64,000 nucleotides of DNA from Acidobacteriota bacterium (lineage in GTDB: Bacteria; Acidobacteriota; Terriglobia; UBA7540), in NCBI GenBank assembly GCA_024638215.1, contig JAHEKS010000001.1, positions 195-64,194 on the forward strand. The letters are read 5' to 3'. Shown one piece after another: positions 44,434 through 54,796 of the stretch. The notes under the pieces are model-generated. The model had not been told where the DNA came from, did no database searches, and was given only the letters and a program-made list of their open reading frames with translations. Made by a program: the position numbers and the translations under genes. Numbering within the stretch: position 1 is the first letter of the stretch; every line of letters begins with the position of its first letter.

Positions 44434-45828
44434 TCAATTCGCCGTCTTGGAAGAATCGAGGTCGGTTTTACGTGCGCCGCGAAATTTCCAGCCGTAAATC
44501 ACCGCACCGGTGCTCAGAGTCAAGGCCCACGCTGCCGCGACGGTCGGTTTCGACCACAAGGCGTAGGCGAGCATCCAAAGGCTGGCGAGAATGAAGATGG
44601 CCGGAATCAGCGGAAAGGCGAGGTTGAGAGCCGGAAGGCGCTTCCAGCCCGCCCGGCGGCGAAGCCGGATGTCTCCCGCCGTGGCGAGCCCGGCAAAGAA
44701 AACCAGCGCGCCTCCGATGTAATAAGCCAGACCGGCAAAACTCGCGGTCACGACCATGATTCCTGCCGCCAGCGCCTGGTAGAGAATGGCCCGGCTGGGC
44801 GTTTGCCAGCGAACGTTGATGCGCGCCGCATCGCGGAAAAAGCAACCGTCCGCGGCCATGGCGTAGTAGACGCGCGGCCCGACAATCACCATGGCGCTGA
44901 CGCTCGAAAGAATGCACGCCGCCATGATGGCGGTGAAGAGGGCGCCCACTCCCTTGCCGAAGAGCGCCGTTGCAGTCGCCGCGCCCACGCTCAATACTCC
45001 CTTCAGCGAACCCAAGGGCAGCGCGTAAAGGAAGGCTACGTTCAACGCCAAATAGAGCGCGGCCACGAGCGTGGTGCCGAGCAGCAGCGCCCGAGGCAGA
45101 GTGCGTTCGGGCTGCCGGATTTCCTCCGCGACGTAGGTGGCCGCATTCCATCCGCTGTAGGCGTACATCACGAAGATCAGGGAGATGGCGAATTGCACGG
45201 CGAGGCCGTGCGGCGAGGTACGCTCCGTTGCCTCTCTCAGGTTTTCCCAGTGCCCGTTGCCAACCCAGAACGCCAGGACGACGAAAGAGGCCAGCACGAA
45301 GATTTTGAGCGCAGTCAGCGCGTTCTGCACGCGCGCGGCCAACTCGACACCCAGGATGTTGATGATCGCGAAGAGCGCGATGACCACCAGGGCCACGAAT
45401 TGCGGCCACCCTAATTGCAGGTAGCCCATCCAAGGCGCTGTGCTGGGACTTTGCCGCGACGTTGCCAGGGCCGGGGAAAAGTGGCCCAGGTATTCCGCGA
45501 ACAGAAGCGCGCCCGCCGCGATCGGGGCGGAGAAGCCCGCAAAAAACGAAATCCATCCGCTCAGAAATCCCCACAACGGGCCCCACGCCTCGCGGATGTA
45601 GACATATTCCCCGCCTGAGCGCGGAAGGTTGATGCCGAGTTCGGCGTACGAGAGGCATCCTGCCGTCGCCACCACTGCGCCCGCCACCCAAACTGCCAGA
45701 ACCCACACCGGCCGGCCAAGGTCGCCCGCAAGAAAACCCGTGGCGCCAAAGATGCCCACGCCGATCATGTTCGAAACGACGATGGCAGCCGAGCTCAGGA
45801 GCGTGAGCCTTCGCGGAAGACCCGTCAT
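44434..45828 (-). CDS. APC-family amino acid permease
   Basis: 12-TM-like hydrophobic profile. N-terminus MTGLPRRLTLLSSAAIVVSNMIGVGIF. The alternative frame 44468..45850 is Arg/Gly-rich and rejected. Confidence 0.88.
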   Translation of the reverse strand: MTGLPRRLTLLSSAAIVVSNMIGVGIFGATGFLAGDLGRPVWVLAVWVAGAVVATAGCLSYAELGINLPRSGGEYVYIREAWGPLWGFLSGWISFFAGFSAPIAAGALLFAEYLGHFSPALATSRQSPSTAPWMGYLQLGWPQFVALVVIALFAIINILGVELAARVQNALTALKIFVLASFVVLAFWVGNGHWENLREATERTSPHGLAVQFAISLIFVMYAYSGWNAATYVAEEIRQPERTLPRALLLGTTLVAALYLALNVAFLYALPLGSLKGVLSVGAATATALFGKGVGALFTAIMAACILSSVSAMVIVGPRVYYAMAADGCFFRDAARINVRWQTPSRAILYQALAAGIMVVTASFAGLAYYIGGALVFFAGLATAGDIRLRRRAGWKRLPALNLAFPLIPAIFILASLWMLAYALWSKPTVAAAWALTLSTGAVIYGWKFRGARKTDLDSSKTAN

Positions 45829-46080
45829 TGCGCACTTCCAGAGGGACCAACTCGGCGCCGCGCGACCCGCGCCTGAGACAAGCCTAGATGTTGCGCGCCC
45901 GAAGGGCAACGGCCATTTTGTCCCTCATAGCCATTTCGCTTCTCGACAACAAACGAGCAAGCTCTTAGAATGATCTCAGCTTGGCCCTGCGCCGGACGAG
46001 TTGGGGTGTCGCTCGACCTGTGGCGTCTTCCCTCCTGGTTGTTCTTCTTTCTGGTCGTTCGACATCTCACGCGAGGAACC

Positions 46081-46845
46081 ATGTTGAATCATCGCGCAAA
46101 GTCGAGGGCGATTATGTTTTCGCTTCTGATTGGTTTGTTATTTCGCTGTGGACCGCCTCTTGAAGAGGCGACGAAACCTCCAGCCGGCGGTGCGGCGGAG
46201 ACTGAGGGTGAATTTCAGGAGAATCGTGAGGCTATGGTGCGCGAGCAGATTGCCGGGCGCGGCGTTCGCGACCGGCGCACGCTCGAGGCCATGCGCAGCG
46301 TCCCGCGGCATCTTTTTGTGCCCGAGGCTTGGAGACACTACGCCTACGCGGACACGCCTTTGCCGATTGGGCACGGCCAAACGATCTCGCAACCTTACAT
46401 TGTCGCGTTCATGACGGAAGCTCTGGACCTCAAGCGTACCGACCGCGTGCTCGAGATCGGCACCGGCTCCGGCTATCAGGCGGCAGTACTGGCACAGATC
46501 TGCTCGGAGGTTTACTCGATCGAAATCATCGAGCCCCTGGCCAGTGAAGCCGCCGCGCGGCTGAAGCAACTCGGCTACACGCGCGTTCACCTGCGTGCCG
46601 GAGACGGCTACCGCGGCTGGCCCGAAGCCGCGCCGTTCGACGCCATTATTGTGACCGCGGCGCCCGATGCGATTCCTGTGGTTCTGCTCGAACAGTTGGC
46701 GGTGGGTGGGCGTATGGTAGTGCCGGTAGGACGCGGCGAGCAAGTGCTGGTGAGGATTCGCCGCACCAAAGAAGGCTACAAGCGCGAAAACCTTTTGCCG
46801 GTGCGTTTCGTCCCGATGGTGCGAGAGGAAGCCCGAGTGCCGTAG
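46081..46845 (+). CDS. pcm: protein-L-isoaspartate O-methyltransferase with N-terminal hydrophobic segment
   Basis: ATG 46081. [11 protein letters not shown] and [16 protein letters not shown] motifs. N-terminus [24 protein letters not shown]. Confidence 0.9.
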   Translation: MLNHRAKSRAIMFSLLIGLLFRCGPPLEEATKPPAGGAAETEGEFQENREAMVREQIAGRGVRDRRTLEAMRSVPRHLFVPEAWRHYAYADTPLPIGHGQTISQPYIVAFMTEALDLKRTDRVLEIGTGSGYQAAVLAQICSEVYSIEIIEPLASEAAARLKQLGYTRVHLRAGDGYRGWPEAAPFDAIIVTAAPDAIPVVLLEQLAVGGRMVVPVGRGEQVLVRIRRTKEGYKRENLLPVRFVPMVREEARVP

Positions 46846-46882
46846 AAGCCAGGCGGCGCCAGGGCGAGTTTGGCCGGAACAG

Positions 46883-47749
46883 CTATCGAGAGCTCCGGTA
46901 AAAGTAAACCCCTTGCGCGATTCGCTCGGCGGGGCCGGTGAGCAGGACCTCGCCGCCCTCCGGCCAATCAACCTGCAAATTTCCTGCCAGCGTCTCGACT
47001 GTCACTCGGCGGCCGGTCAATCCGTTGAGAATCGAAGCGACGACGGCCCCGCAAGAGCCCGTCCCGGACGACTGGGTTATGCCCACGCCGCGCTCCCAAA
47101 AGCGGACTTCGATGCGGTGCCTGGAGACGACCCGGACGAACTCGACGTTGGTGCGGTTGGGAAAATGCGCGTTGCGCTCAAGCTCCCTTCCGACGGCTGG
47201 CCAGTCGATGGCCTTGAAATCCTTCACAAAGACCGAGCAGTGCGGATTCCCCATTGAAGTGACGGTGGCGCGAACTTGCCCGCGAGAGGTGCGAAGAGGA
47301 AAGTTCACCACCGGCGAGCGTGCGCCGCCGGCGTCGAAGGGGATGAGTCGCGACTCGAGAATCGGCGCGCCCATGTTGACGCGAAAAATCCAGCGGCCTG
47401 GCTGAGAGCTTGCCAGGTGCAGCGTCTTCAATCCGGCGTTCGTTTCAATGGCGAGATTGCGCTTCGAGCCGATCTCCATCATGAGAAAAGCCCCCACACA
47501 ACGGATTCCGTTGCCGGACATCTCCGGCTCGCTGCCGTCGGTGTTGAAGAAGCGTACGCGGGCGTCGTGCGCGCGGCTGGTTGGGGGCAGCAGCACGAGG
47601 AAGCCGTCGGCGCCCACGCCCGTGTTGCGCTGGGTGATTGCACGCGCCAGCCGGGCCAGCGGTTTCGGAAGGCCTCCCCCGCGCGCCACAATGAAGTCAT
47701 TGCCCAGGCCGTGGAACTTTTGAAACCTTATCCGTGTTTCTCTGGCCAT
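46883..47749 (-). CDS. dapF: diaminopimelate epimerase
   Basis: FHGLGNDFIV, catalytic Cys contexts SGNGIRC and GTGSCG. Confidence 0.92.
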   Translation of the reverse strand: MARETRIRFQKFHGLGNDFIVARGGGLPKPLARLARAITQRNTGVGADGFLVLLPPTSRAHDARVRFFNTDGSEPEMSGNGIRCVGAFLMMEIGSKRNLAIETNAGLKTLHLASSQPGRWIFRVNMGAPILESRLIPFDAGGARSPVVNFPLRTSRGQVRATVTSMGNPHCSVFVKDFKAIDWPAVGRELERNAHFPNRTNVEFVRVVSRHRIEVRFWERGVGITQSSGTGSCGAVVASILNGLTGRRVTVETLAGNLQVDWPEGGEVLLTGPAERIAQGVYFYRSSR

Positions 47750-47809
47750 TGTGCCGGTCCTCTGCGGCCGAATAGCTTATCCAGAGTTGGCCTGCCCGCC
47801 AAGCGGGAT

Positions 47810-49402
47810 TCATTTCGGGCGACGATGATATATCTCCAGCCACGCGCCGTCGCTGAACTTGTGGCGGGCTACGAGATCGAATCCTTTGAACGAGCCGGGA
47901 TAGGCGCGCATCAACTGATCCACCGTGTCGTCGTCCGAGCGGATAATCCACTCCACCCACGCACCGGGATCGCGCGGCAACTGTTTCCAGATCCGCTTAT
48001 TCGCCTCAGAAATAGTATGACGAAAGGGAATATCCAGGGCGGGCATGACGCACGGCCATTTCCCCAACGCCGTCAGGATCGTTCCACCGTCGTAGTGTTC
48101 GCGGAAAAAGCCGATCAGCGCCTGCTGCTCGGGTGACTTGCAGGGCGTGTTCAGGATGCTTTCCCGGACGACCGGGAGCCGGCGCACGCCGCGCGAAAGT
48201 TCGAACCCGTATTGGCCGAGGATCACGACCAGGAGAATCGCAGTCAAGCCGGCGCGCAAACAGGCGGGTGTTTTGGATGTGAGCAGAAACGACGGGAAAA
48301 TCGCCACCGCCGGCAGCATTTGGATCCCATAGCGCAGATTGTAGTAAGTGTGGGGAAACAGCGCGGGGACGTAGAGCGCCACGGCCGCGTGCGCCATGGA
48401 CTGCACGTAGAAAACAAACGGGACCAGAAACAGCAGGGCCGCCGACCGCCGCGCGCGCTCGCGCGTTTCAAGCGTCCAAACCACAAAGCCCAGTACGGCC
48501 AGTTCCAGCAGCCAAGGGCCGATGATCAGCGCGAGATCGGCAAGATAATAGCGCGCGGAAATCCGCAGGCTGCCGTCGGTCGGATAATGGAACCCGGTGG
48601 TCGCGATCTGGTGCGCGTAGATGGCCTGCGCCGAGAACGGCCCGTTGTAGAACTCCAGCGGATTTCCGAAGCGGACCGCGTTGTGAATCAACCAGAGAAC
48701 AGGCCCTGCACCGGCAATAAGACAAAAGATAATGGCGTGACGGAGACGGTCCTTGAGGGGCTCGCGCCGGGCGAGGAACACGAAGAGCGCCGCGAACGGC
48801 AGCAAAAACCAACCATCGTATCGTGTCAGCGTGCCGAAAAACGCCGCCGCGGCCGCACCCAGAAGTGCGTGCGTCGAGCCGCTTTCGCGGTATCGGAAAA
48901 GGCCGTAGACCGTCAGAACCGCCAACATAAGAGTCAACGGCTCGGTCAGCGGCGTCGAGGCCAAGTACATCATGCTCGGGCAAAGCAGGAAGGCGGCCAG
49001 TGCCACCCAGGCTGAAGCCCGGCTGCGATTCATTTCGAGCGCCAGGCGATAAATGAACCACGCCGCCACGGCGAACGCGGCCTCCGAAACCAAGCTGCCA
49101 CCCAGGCCGCTCCGCCAGAGGAAATCGTGCACCGCCAGCGGCGCCACCAGCAGGTGATAGAGCGGCAGCCAAACGGTTCCGATTTCCTGGTATCCCGGGT
49201 TGAGCGAGTCGAAGAGGCGGCGCGCGCCTTCCATGTGCGCGATGCCGTCTCCGTAGAGATTCGTCAGGCCGCGCGAGTAGAAGATGTGGAGCGTGAGGGC
49301 TGCGGTCGCGGCAATGATAAGGGTGGCAACAAGGCCGGAGCAAAGGCTCGAAGGGACGGCGGATTTTGTTCCCGGCGTGGGTTCGGGAACGGGCTCAGAC
49401 AT
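47810..49402 (-). CDS. polytopic membrane protein, GT-C (ArnT/PMT, GT39-like) putative glycosyltransferase
   Basis: ATG 49402 overlaps the PfkB stop (ATGTCTGA). About 12 TM helices, early loop LYGDGIAHMEGARRLFDS, soluble C-terminal domain. The family call is tentative. Confidence 0.65.
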   Translation of the reverse strand: MSEPVPEPTPGTKSAVPSSLCSGLVATLIIAATAALTLHIFYSRGLTNLYGDGIAHMEGARRLFDSLNPGYQEIGTVWLPLYHLLVAPLAVHDFLWRSGLGGSLVSEAAFAVAAWFIYRLALEMNRSRASAWVALAAFLLCPSMMYLASTPLTEPLTLMLAVLTVYGLFRYRESGSTHALLGAAAAAFFGTLTRYDGWFLLPFAALFVFLARREPLKDRLRHAIIFCLIAGAGPVLWLIHNAVRFGNPLEFYNGPFSAQAIYAHQIATTGFHYPTDGSLRISARYYLADLALIIGPWLLELAVLGFVVWTLETRERARRSAALLFLVPFVFYVQSMAHAAVALYVPALFPHTYYNLRYGIQMLPAVAIFPSFLLTSKTPACLRAGLTAILLVVILGQYGFELSRGVRRLPVVRESILNTPCKSPEQQALIGFFREHYDGGTILTALGKWPCVMPALDIPFRHTISEANKRIWKQLPRDPGAWVEWIIRSDDDTVDQLMRAYPGSFKGFDLVARHKFSDGAWLEIYHRRPK

Positions 49403-50300
49403 CAAAATGGGTGAGGCTCTTGAATTCGCGAAAGCGCGTTTCGATTTCCGGCCGCGTGAGCCTCGCCGTGCGCCGCAGGCCGAAATCTTCCACCGCGAAG
49501 CTGGCCATGACGGACCCGTAAACCATGGCGCGGCGCAGATTCCGTTCGGAGAGATCGCCTGTCTGCGCCAGGTGGCCCATAAGCCCGCCCGCGAAGCTGT
49601 CCCCGGCCCCGGTGGGGTCGTGAACATCTTCGAGCGGGTAAGCGGGAACGGAAAAGATCGAGTTGCCGTGGAATGAAATCACACCGTATTCGCCGCGCTT
49701 TACAATCACCACGTTGGGACCGAGCTTCTGAACCGCCTGGGCGGCCTTCCGCAGGTTGTGGCAGCCGGCAAGCATGCGCGCCTCGGTTTCGTTGATGGTG
49801 ACCATGTGCACGCTCGCCAGTGTTGCGTTCAAATCTTCCGGCGTGCCTTTGATCCAAAAATTCATCGTGTCCATCGCCACCAGCCGCGCCTCGGGAAGCT
49901 GGCGGCGCACGTCAAGCTGAAGCTTGGGATGAATGTTGGCGAGGAACAGATAATCGCAGTCCCGGTAGGCGGCGGGAATTTTGGGCGAGAATTGCTCGAA
50001 GACATTGAGTTGCGTGTCGAGCGTCCGCGCTTCGTTCATATCACCCGAATACTCGGCGGCCCAGCGGAAAGATTTTCCGGGCGCGCGCTCCAGGCCCTCG
50101 GTGTCAATGCCGCGGTCATGAAACACCTTGAGGTGCTCTTCCCCGAAGTCGTCGCCGACGACCGCCACCACTTTCACCGGCGTGAAGTAGCTCGCGGTCA
50201 CGGAGAAATGCGTTGCCGCGCCGCCCAGGATGTGTTTGGCCTCGCCGTACGGCGTGCGCAGAGAATCGAAAGCCACGGAGCCGACTACCAGAAGTGACAA
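49395..50300 (-). CDS. PfkB-family sugar/nucleoside kinase
   Basis: MSLLVVGSVAFDS...GGAATHFS N-terminus and DPTGAGDSFAGG ATP-binding motif. Confidence 0.85.
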   Translation of the reverse strand: MSLLVVGSVAFDSLRTPYGEAKHILGGAATHFSVTASYFTPVKVVAVVGDDFGEEHLKVFHDRGIDTEGLERAPGKSFRWAAEYSGDMNEARTLDTQLNVFEQFSPKIPAAYRDCDYLFLANIHPKLQLDVRRQLPEARLVAMDTMNFWIKGTPEDLNATLASVHMVTINETEARMLAGCHNLRKAAQAVQKLGPNVVIVKRGEYGVISFHGNSIFSVPAYPLEDVHDPTGAGDSFAGGLMGHLAQTGDLSERNLRRAMVYGSVMASFAVEDFGLRRTARLTRPEIETRFREFKSLTHFDV

Positions 50301-50345
50301 GCGGGTGAACCTCCCTCGCGATCTCGTGATGGATGAAATTTCCAG

Positions 50346-51209
50346 CTACTTCAGGTACCTCCCCACCAGCAGCGCCAGCTTCTTGCGCGCGCGCGGCGAA
50401 ATCTTCTTCCGGTCGGTCAGGATAGCATGGGCGAGCGCCGAGCCACACTTGCACGAACGCTCGCGGGGAAGAACGCCCACCGCGGCGCGGATAATCTTCT
50501 GCGCGTTTTCGGCGTTCTTGTTCAGATATTCGACCACCTGCGTAACTGTCACGGCCTCGTGCTCGGGATGCCAGCAATCGTAGTCGGTGACCATGGCCAG
50601 CGTGGCGTAACAGATTTCCGCCTCGCGCGCCAGCTTGGCCTCCTGCAGGTTAGTCATGCCGATGACGTCCATGCCCCAGGAGCGGTACAGGTTCGATTCG
50701 GCTTGGGTCGAAAACGCCGGTCCCTCCATGCACAGATAAGTTCCGCCGTCGTGGCAGCGCACCTGATTTACCTCGCAGGCCGCGTGCAGCGCCTTGACCA
50801 CGGTCGGACAAACCGGGTCGGCAAAGCTGATGTGCGCCGCCAGGCCGCCGCCAAAAAAAGTCGAAATTCGATGGCGCGTGCGGTCGAAAAACTGGGAAGG
50901 CAGCAACATGTCGAGGGGGTGCAGGTCCTCGCGCAACGAGCCGACGGCGCTGGCGGAAATAATCCGCTCCACCCCCAGTTTTTTCATTCCGTAGATATTG
51001 GCGCGAAAGTTGATCTCGGTCGGCATCAGCAAGTGGCCGCGCCCATGCCGCGCCAGGAAGGCCACCTTGCGCCCTTCCAGCACCCCCAGAATGTAGGCGT
51101 CCGAGGGCTTGCCGAAAGGCGTCGCGACGCGCACTTCGCGAACGCGCTCGATCCCTGCCATCTTGTAAAGGCCGCTGCCGCCGATAATGCCGATTTCAGC
51201 CTGAGCCAC
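50346..51209 (-). CDS. mtnP: S-methyl-5'-thioadenosine phosphorylase
   Basis: GTG start. [11 protein letters not shown]...FLARHGRGH...[18 protein letters not shown] pattern of MTAP. Confidence 0.92.
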   Translation of the reverse strand: MAQAEIGIIGGSGLYKMAGIERVREVRVATPFGKPSDAYILGVLEGRKVAFLARHGRGHLLMPTEINFRANIYGMKKLGVERIISASAVGSLREDLHPLDMLLPSQFFDRTRHRISTFFGGGLAAHISFADPVCPTVVKALHAACEVNQVRCHDGGTYLCMEGPAFSTQAESNLYRSWGMDVIGMTNLQEAKLAREAEICYATLAMVTDYDCWHPEHEAVTVTQVVEYLNKNAENAQKIIRAAVGVLPRERSCKCGSALAHAILTDRKKISPRARKKLALLVGRYLK

Positions 51210-51240
51210 TCTAGTTAATCTCCTTTTTCCAGTGAACTGA

Positions 51241-52077
51241 TCACCTGAGTTCCGCCGCAGGCAGCGCGAGGATCCGGCCGTCCTTTTCGGCCAGCCGCAC
51301 GCAGGGCTGCGCCGTGTCGTGCGGGAAAATCACCAGGGCCTTCTCTGCGACCAGGCGTGGAAGCACGCGATGCCTGTTTTCGAGCGTCTCGAGCGGGTAC
51401 AAATCGAAACTCATCACCCACGGATAGGGCAAGTGCGCCCGCGTGGGCACCAGGTCCGAAATGAAGTACGCCTGCGCGCCTTCCGATTCCACCCGGACAC
51501 ACTGCATGTGGCGGGTATGGCCCGGCACCACTTCCAACTTGATCCCAGGAATAATTTCGGCGTCGCCGTCCAACAACTCGGTGTGCCGTCCCGCAGGCGC
51601 GAAAAAATCCTCAAGATAGCTTGCCCGGTCGCGTTCCGTGGGCTGGAGCGCGTGCTCCCATTCGCCCCGTTGAACGAAGTACTTCGCGCGGGGAAAAGTG
51701 GGAATGAACTTACCGCCTTCGCGGCGGACGTTCCAGCCGCAATGATCGAAGTGCAAATGTGTATTGATAACGATATCAATATCCTCGGGCGCGAGCCCGC
51801 GTCTTTTCAAATCGTCGAGGAGCGTGGCCGGGCGCTCGACCGCGTAGATGTCGGCAAATTTCGCATCGTACTTGTCGCCGATTCCGGTTTCGATGAGCAC
51901 GTTTTGCTTTCCCGCGCGCACCAGCAGGCAAGTCAATCCCAGCCGCACGCGGTTGCGCTCGTCCGCAGGAAGCCGCTTCTGCCAAAGCGCCTTGGGGACG
52001 ACGCCGAACATCTGCCCGCCGTCCAGCGCGAACGTGCCGTCGGAAAGGATTTCCAGCTCAAAGGCGCCGAGTTTCAT
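51241..52077 (-). CDS. MBL-fold metallo-hydrolase
   Basis: [11 protein letters not shown] (HxHxDH) motif. The start ATG overlaps the epimerase stop (ATGA). Confidence 0.85.
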   Translation of the reverse strand: MKLGAFELEILSDGTFALDGGQMFGVVPKALWQKRLPADERNRVRLGLTCLLVRAGKQNVLIETGIGDKYDAKFADIYAVERPATLLDDLKRRGLAPEDIDIVINTHLHFDHCGWNVRREGGKFIPTFPRAKYFVQRGEWEHALQPTERDRASYLEDFFAPAGRHTELLDGDAEIIPGIKLEVVPGHTRHMQCVRVESEGAQAYFISDLVPTRAHLPYPWVMSFDLYPLETLENRHRVLPRLVAEKALVIFPHDTAQPCVRLAEKDGRILALPAAELR

Positions 52078-52469
52078 TTCTCCTCAACCAGTTCGATGAG
52101 CACGCCGGAAGTGGTGCGAGGGTCGAGGAAAACGATCCGTTCTCCTCCTGCGCCCGTGCGAGGTTGGGGGTCAATCGCACGGATTCCGCTCGCCTCGAGT
52201 TCCGAAATCGCTTTGCTGATATCCGGAACGGTCATCGTCAGATGATGGACCCCCTGGCCGCGCTTGGCGAGAAACCGGCCGACGGGTGAATCGGAAGTTG
52301 TGGCCTCGAGAAGCTCAATGCGCGAGCCCTCCAGGTCAAACACAGCCACGCGCACCTTCTGTTCCTCCACCGTTTCTTCCGAGCGCGGCGCGCGGCCGAA
52401 AAGCTTGGCGAAAACCGGGACCGCCGACTCGAGCGATTCGACCGCAATGCCGACGTGGTGAATCTTCAT
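52074..52469 (-). CDS. mce: methylmalonyl-CoA epimerase (VOC family)
   Basis: MKIHHVGIAVESLESAV...IELLE...GQGVHHLTMTV...GVLIELVE. Confidence 0.88.
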   Translation of the reverse strand: MKIHHVGIAVESLESAVPVFAKLFGRAPRSEETVEEQKVRVAVFDLEGSRIELLEATTSDSPVGRFLAKRGQGVHHLTMTVPDISKAISELEASGIRAIDPQPRTGAGGERIVFLDPRTTSGVLIELVEEK

Positions 52470-52483
52470 AGGCTCATCCGATA

Positions 52484-53464
52484 TCAGCGCCGGGATTTGC
52501 TGATTTCTGTTTCGCGTGGCGCCGTTTCCGCAACCAATTCCTCGACCACCGTGTGAGGGTCGCGCCGGCGCGAGAGCACCTCGCCGACGAGCGCGTCAAG
52601 CTCGCTTCCCTGCAAGCGCTGGCGTGCGACCTTTTCGAACAATTCCTGCCGCAGAAGGTCAAGCAACCTTGAGCGGCATTGCTCGCGCCGCCGCGCTTCG
52701 CGCACGCCCTGCCCGCCGAAAACGCGAAACTCGTCCAGCTTTTCGCGCAGGGCGGCGATGCCCTCGCCCGTGGTCGCCACGGTGCGCAGGATGGGCGGCT
52801 GCCAGCCGTCGCGAGGCGTGCTGATCGCCAGCATGGCCGTGATCTCCTGCTCAATGCGCCCGGCCCCCGGCTGGTCCGCCTTGTTGATCACGAACAGGTC
52901 CGCGATTTCCATCACGCCGGCCTTGAACGTTTGAACGTCGTCGCCCATGCCGGGAACCAGAAGGAGGACGGTCGCTTCCGCCAGGCGCGCCACTTCCACT
53001 TCGTCCTGCCCGACGCCGACCGTTTCGATGATCACGACGCCGCAACCCGCGGCATCGAGAATCGAGACCGCATCGTGCGCCGCGGGCGCCAGACCTCCCA
53101 GTTGCCCGCGCGTCGCCATGCTGCGGATGTAAACACCCTCGTCGGTCGCAAGGCGCTGCATCCGGATGCGGTCGCCCAGAATGGCGCCCCCCGAAAAAGG
53201 GCTGGTGGGGTCCACGGCGATGATTCCCACCCGCGTGCCGTCGGCGCGATATTCGGCAGCGAGTTTTTCAACCAGCGTGCTCTTCCCCGCTCCGGGTGAG
53301 CCCGTGACGCCGATGACAAACGCGCCGCCGGTTTTGGAGAAGACGCGCTTCAGCAACTCGCGTCCCGCCGGCTCGCCCTTCTCGATGGCGGAGATGGCGC
53401 GGGCGATAGCGCGGCGGTCGCCCGACAGGATTTTCTCCGCCCATTCCTGTTTTGCCTGCATCAT
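52484..53464 (-). CDS. meaB: methylmalonyl-CoA mutase-associated GTPase MeaB/ArgK
   Basis: GVTGSPGAGKSTLVEKL P-loop, VETVGVGQ, NKADQ motifs. Confidence 0.9.
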   Translation of the reverse strand: MMQAKQEWAEKILSGDRRAIARAISAIEKGEPAGRELLKRVFSKTGGAFVIGVTGSPGAGKSTLVEKLAAEYRADGTRVGIIAVDPTSPFSGGAILGDRIRMQRLATDEGVYIRSMATRGQLGGLAPAAHDAVSILDAAGCGVVIIETVGVGQDEVEVARLAEATVLLLVPGMGDDVQTFKAGVMEIADLFVINKADQPGAGRIEQEITAMLAISTPRDGWQPPILRTVATTGEGIAALREKLDEFRVFGGQGVREARRREQCRSRLLDLLRQELFEKVARQRLQGSELDALVGEVLSRRRDPHTVVEELVAETAPRETEISKSRR

Positions 53465-53482
53465 GAAAAAGAAGGGAGACGA

Positions 53483-54745
53483 TCAGAGCGGCCCCAGCAG
53501 CTCGCGTGCGATCACCAACCGCTGGATTTCGCTGGTACCTTCGCCGATCGCGCACAACTTGACGTCGCGGTAAAACTTTTCCACCGGGTAGTCTTTGATG
53601 AACCCATAGCCGCCGTGGATTTGCACCGATTCATTCGCGGCGCGAAAGGCCGCCTCGGACGCGTAGAGCTTGGCCATGCACGCCTCGAGCTTGAAAGGAC
53701 GATTGCGGTCGGCCAGCGCCGCCGCCCGGTAAGTCAGAAGGCGCGCCGCGGCGATCTCCGTTGCCATGTCCGACAGTTTCCACCCGACGGCCTGAAAAGC
53801 GCCGATGGGCTTGCCAAACTGTTTCCGCTGCCTGGCGTAGGCGAGCGACGCTTCATACGCGCCCTGGGCGATGCCAACCGCGATGGCGGCCACGCCGATG
53901 CGCCCCTTGTCGAGAATCTTCAGGCAATCAACGAAGCCCTCGCCCAGTTTGCCCAGGCAATTCTGCCCGGGAATTCTGCAGTCTTCAAAGATCAGTTCGG
54001 CCGTGTCGCTGGCGCGGAGGCCCAATTTGTTTTCTTTCTTTCCGGCGCGAAAACCCGGCGTCCCTTTTTCAACGATGAAGGCTGAGATGCCGTGTTTGCC
54101 CGCGCTCTTGTCGGTCACGGCCATGACGACGCAGGTGTCGGCATAGTGGCCGTTGGTCGCGAAGGATTTCACTCCGTTCAGGACCCAGGTGTCGCCCTCC
54201 AGCCGCGCCGAAGTGCGGGCCGCGCCGGCGTCGCTGCCGGAACCGGGCTCGGTCAGACTCCAGCAGCCGATCTTCTCGCCGCGCGCGAGCGGCGCCAGGT
54301 ATTTGCGCTTCTGCTCTTCGTTGCCGGATTGATGAATATGGCCGGCGCAAAGCGTGTTATGAGCGGAAACGATCAACGCCACCGAGGCATCCACGCGTGC
54401 CAATTCTTCCAGGATTGTGACATATTCCAAGTGGCCGAGGCCTGCGCCGCCGTATTCGGCGGGTATCACCACACCCATGAAGCCCAGCGGGGCGAGTTTT
54501 GCCAGCGCCTCCTGAGGAAAATGCTGCGCCTCGTCCCATTCCATGACATGAGGCCGAATCTCTTGTTCGGAAAAATCCCGAGCGGTTTTTTGAATTTCCT
54601 TTTGTTCTTCCGTCAGCTCAAAATCCAGATGCCACCCCCAATTCTTGCGGCGCTTTGAGCAGATCCAGAATCTTTCAGGCGGGGCGTGCTCAACTGAACG
54701 TCCAAGAGCGACACACCTGCCCCTGCGAATTTTACTATAACACAA
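53483..54745 (-). CDS. acyl-CoA dehydrogenase
   Basis: (L)[18 protein letters not shown]..., C-terminal [17 protein letters not shown]. Homology starts near 54628. The 39 codons upstream look non-coding, so the true start is probably non-ATG (see finding). Confidence 0.9.
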   Translation of the reverse strand: MCYSKIRRGRCVALGRSVEHAPPERFWICSKRRKNWGWHLDFELTEEQKEIQKTARDFSEQEIRPHVMEWDEAQHFPQEALAKLAPLGFMGVVIPAEYGGAGLGHLEYVTILEELARVDASVALIVSAHNTLCAGHIHQSGNEEQKRKYLAPLARGEKIGCWSLTEPGSGSDAGAARTSARLEGDTWVLNGVKSFATNGHYADTCVVMAVTDKSAGKHGISAFIVEKGTPGFRAGKKENKLGLRASDTAELIFEDCRIPGQNCLGKLGEGFVDCLKILDKGRIGVAAIAVGIAQGAYEASLAYARQRKQFGKPIGAFQAVGWKLSDMATEIAAARLLTYRAAALADRNRPFKLEACMAKLYASEAAFRAANESVQIHGGYGFIKDYPVEKFYRDVKLCAIGEGTSEIQRLVIARELLGPL

Positions 54746-54796
54746 TCGTCGTTGGCGGGCCGCGAAGTACGAGTTGAGCCCGGCGCGACCGCGCCT

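Noticed and set aside
44468-45850. 460-aa same-strand alternative frame inside the permease gene
   Set aside because: The translation is Arg/Gly/Pro-rich, whereas the 44434..45828 frame gives a coherent 12-TM APC permease.
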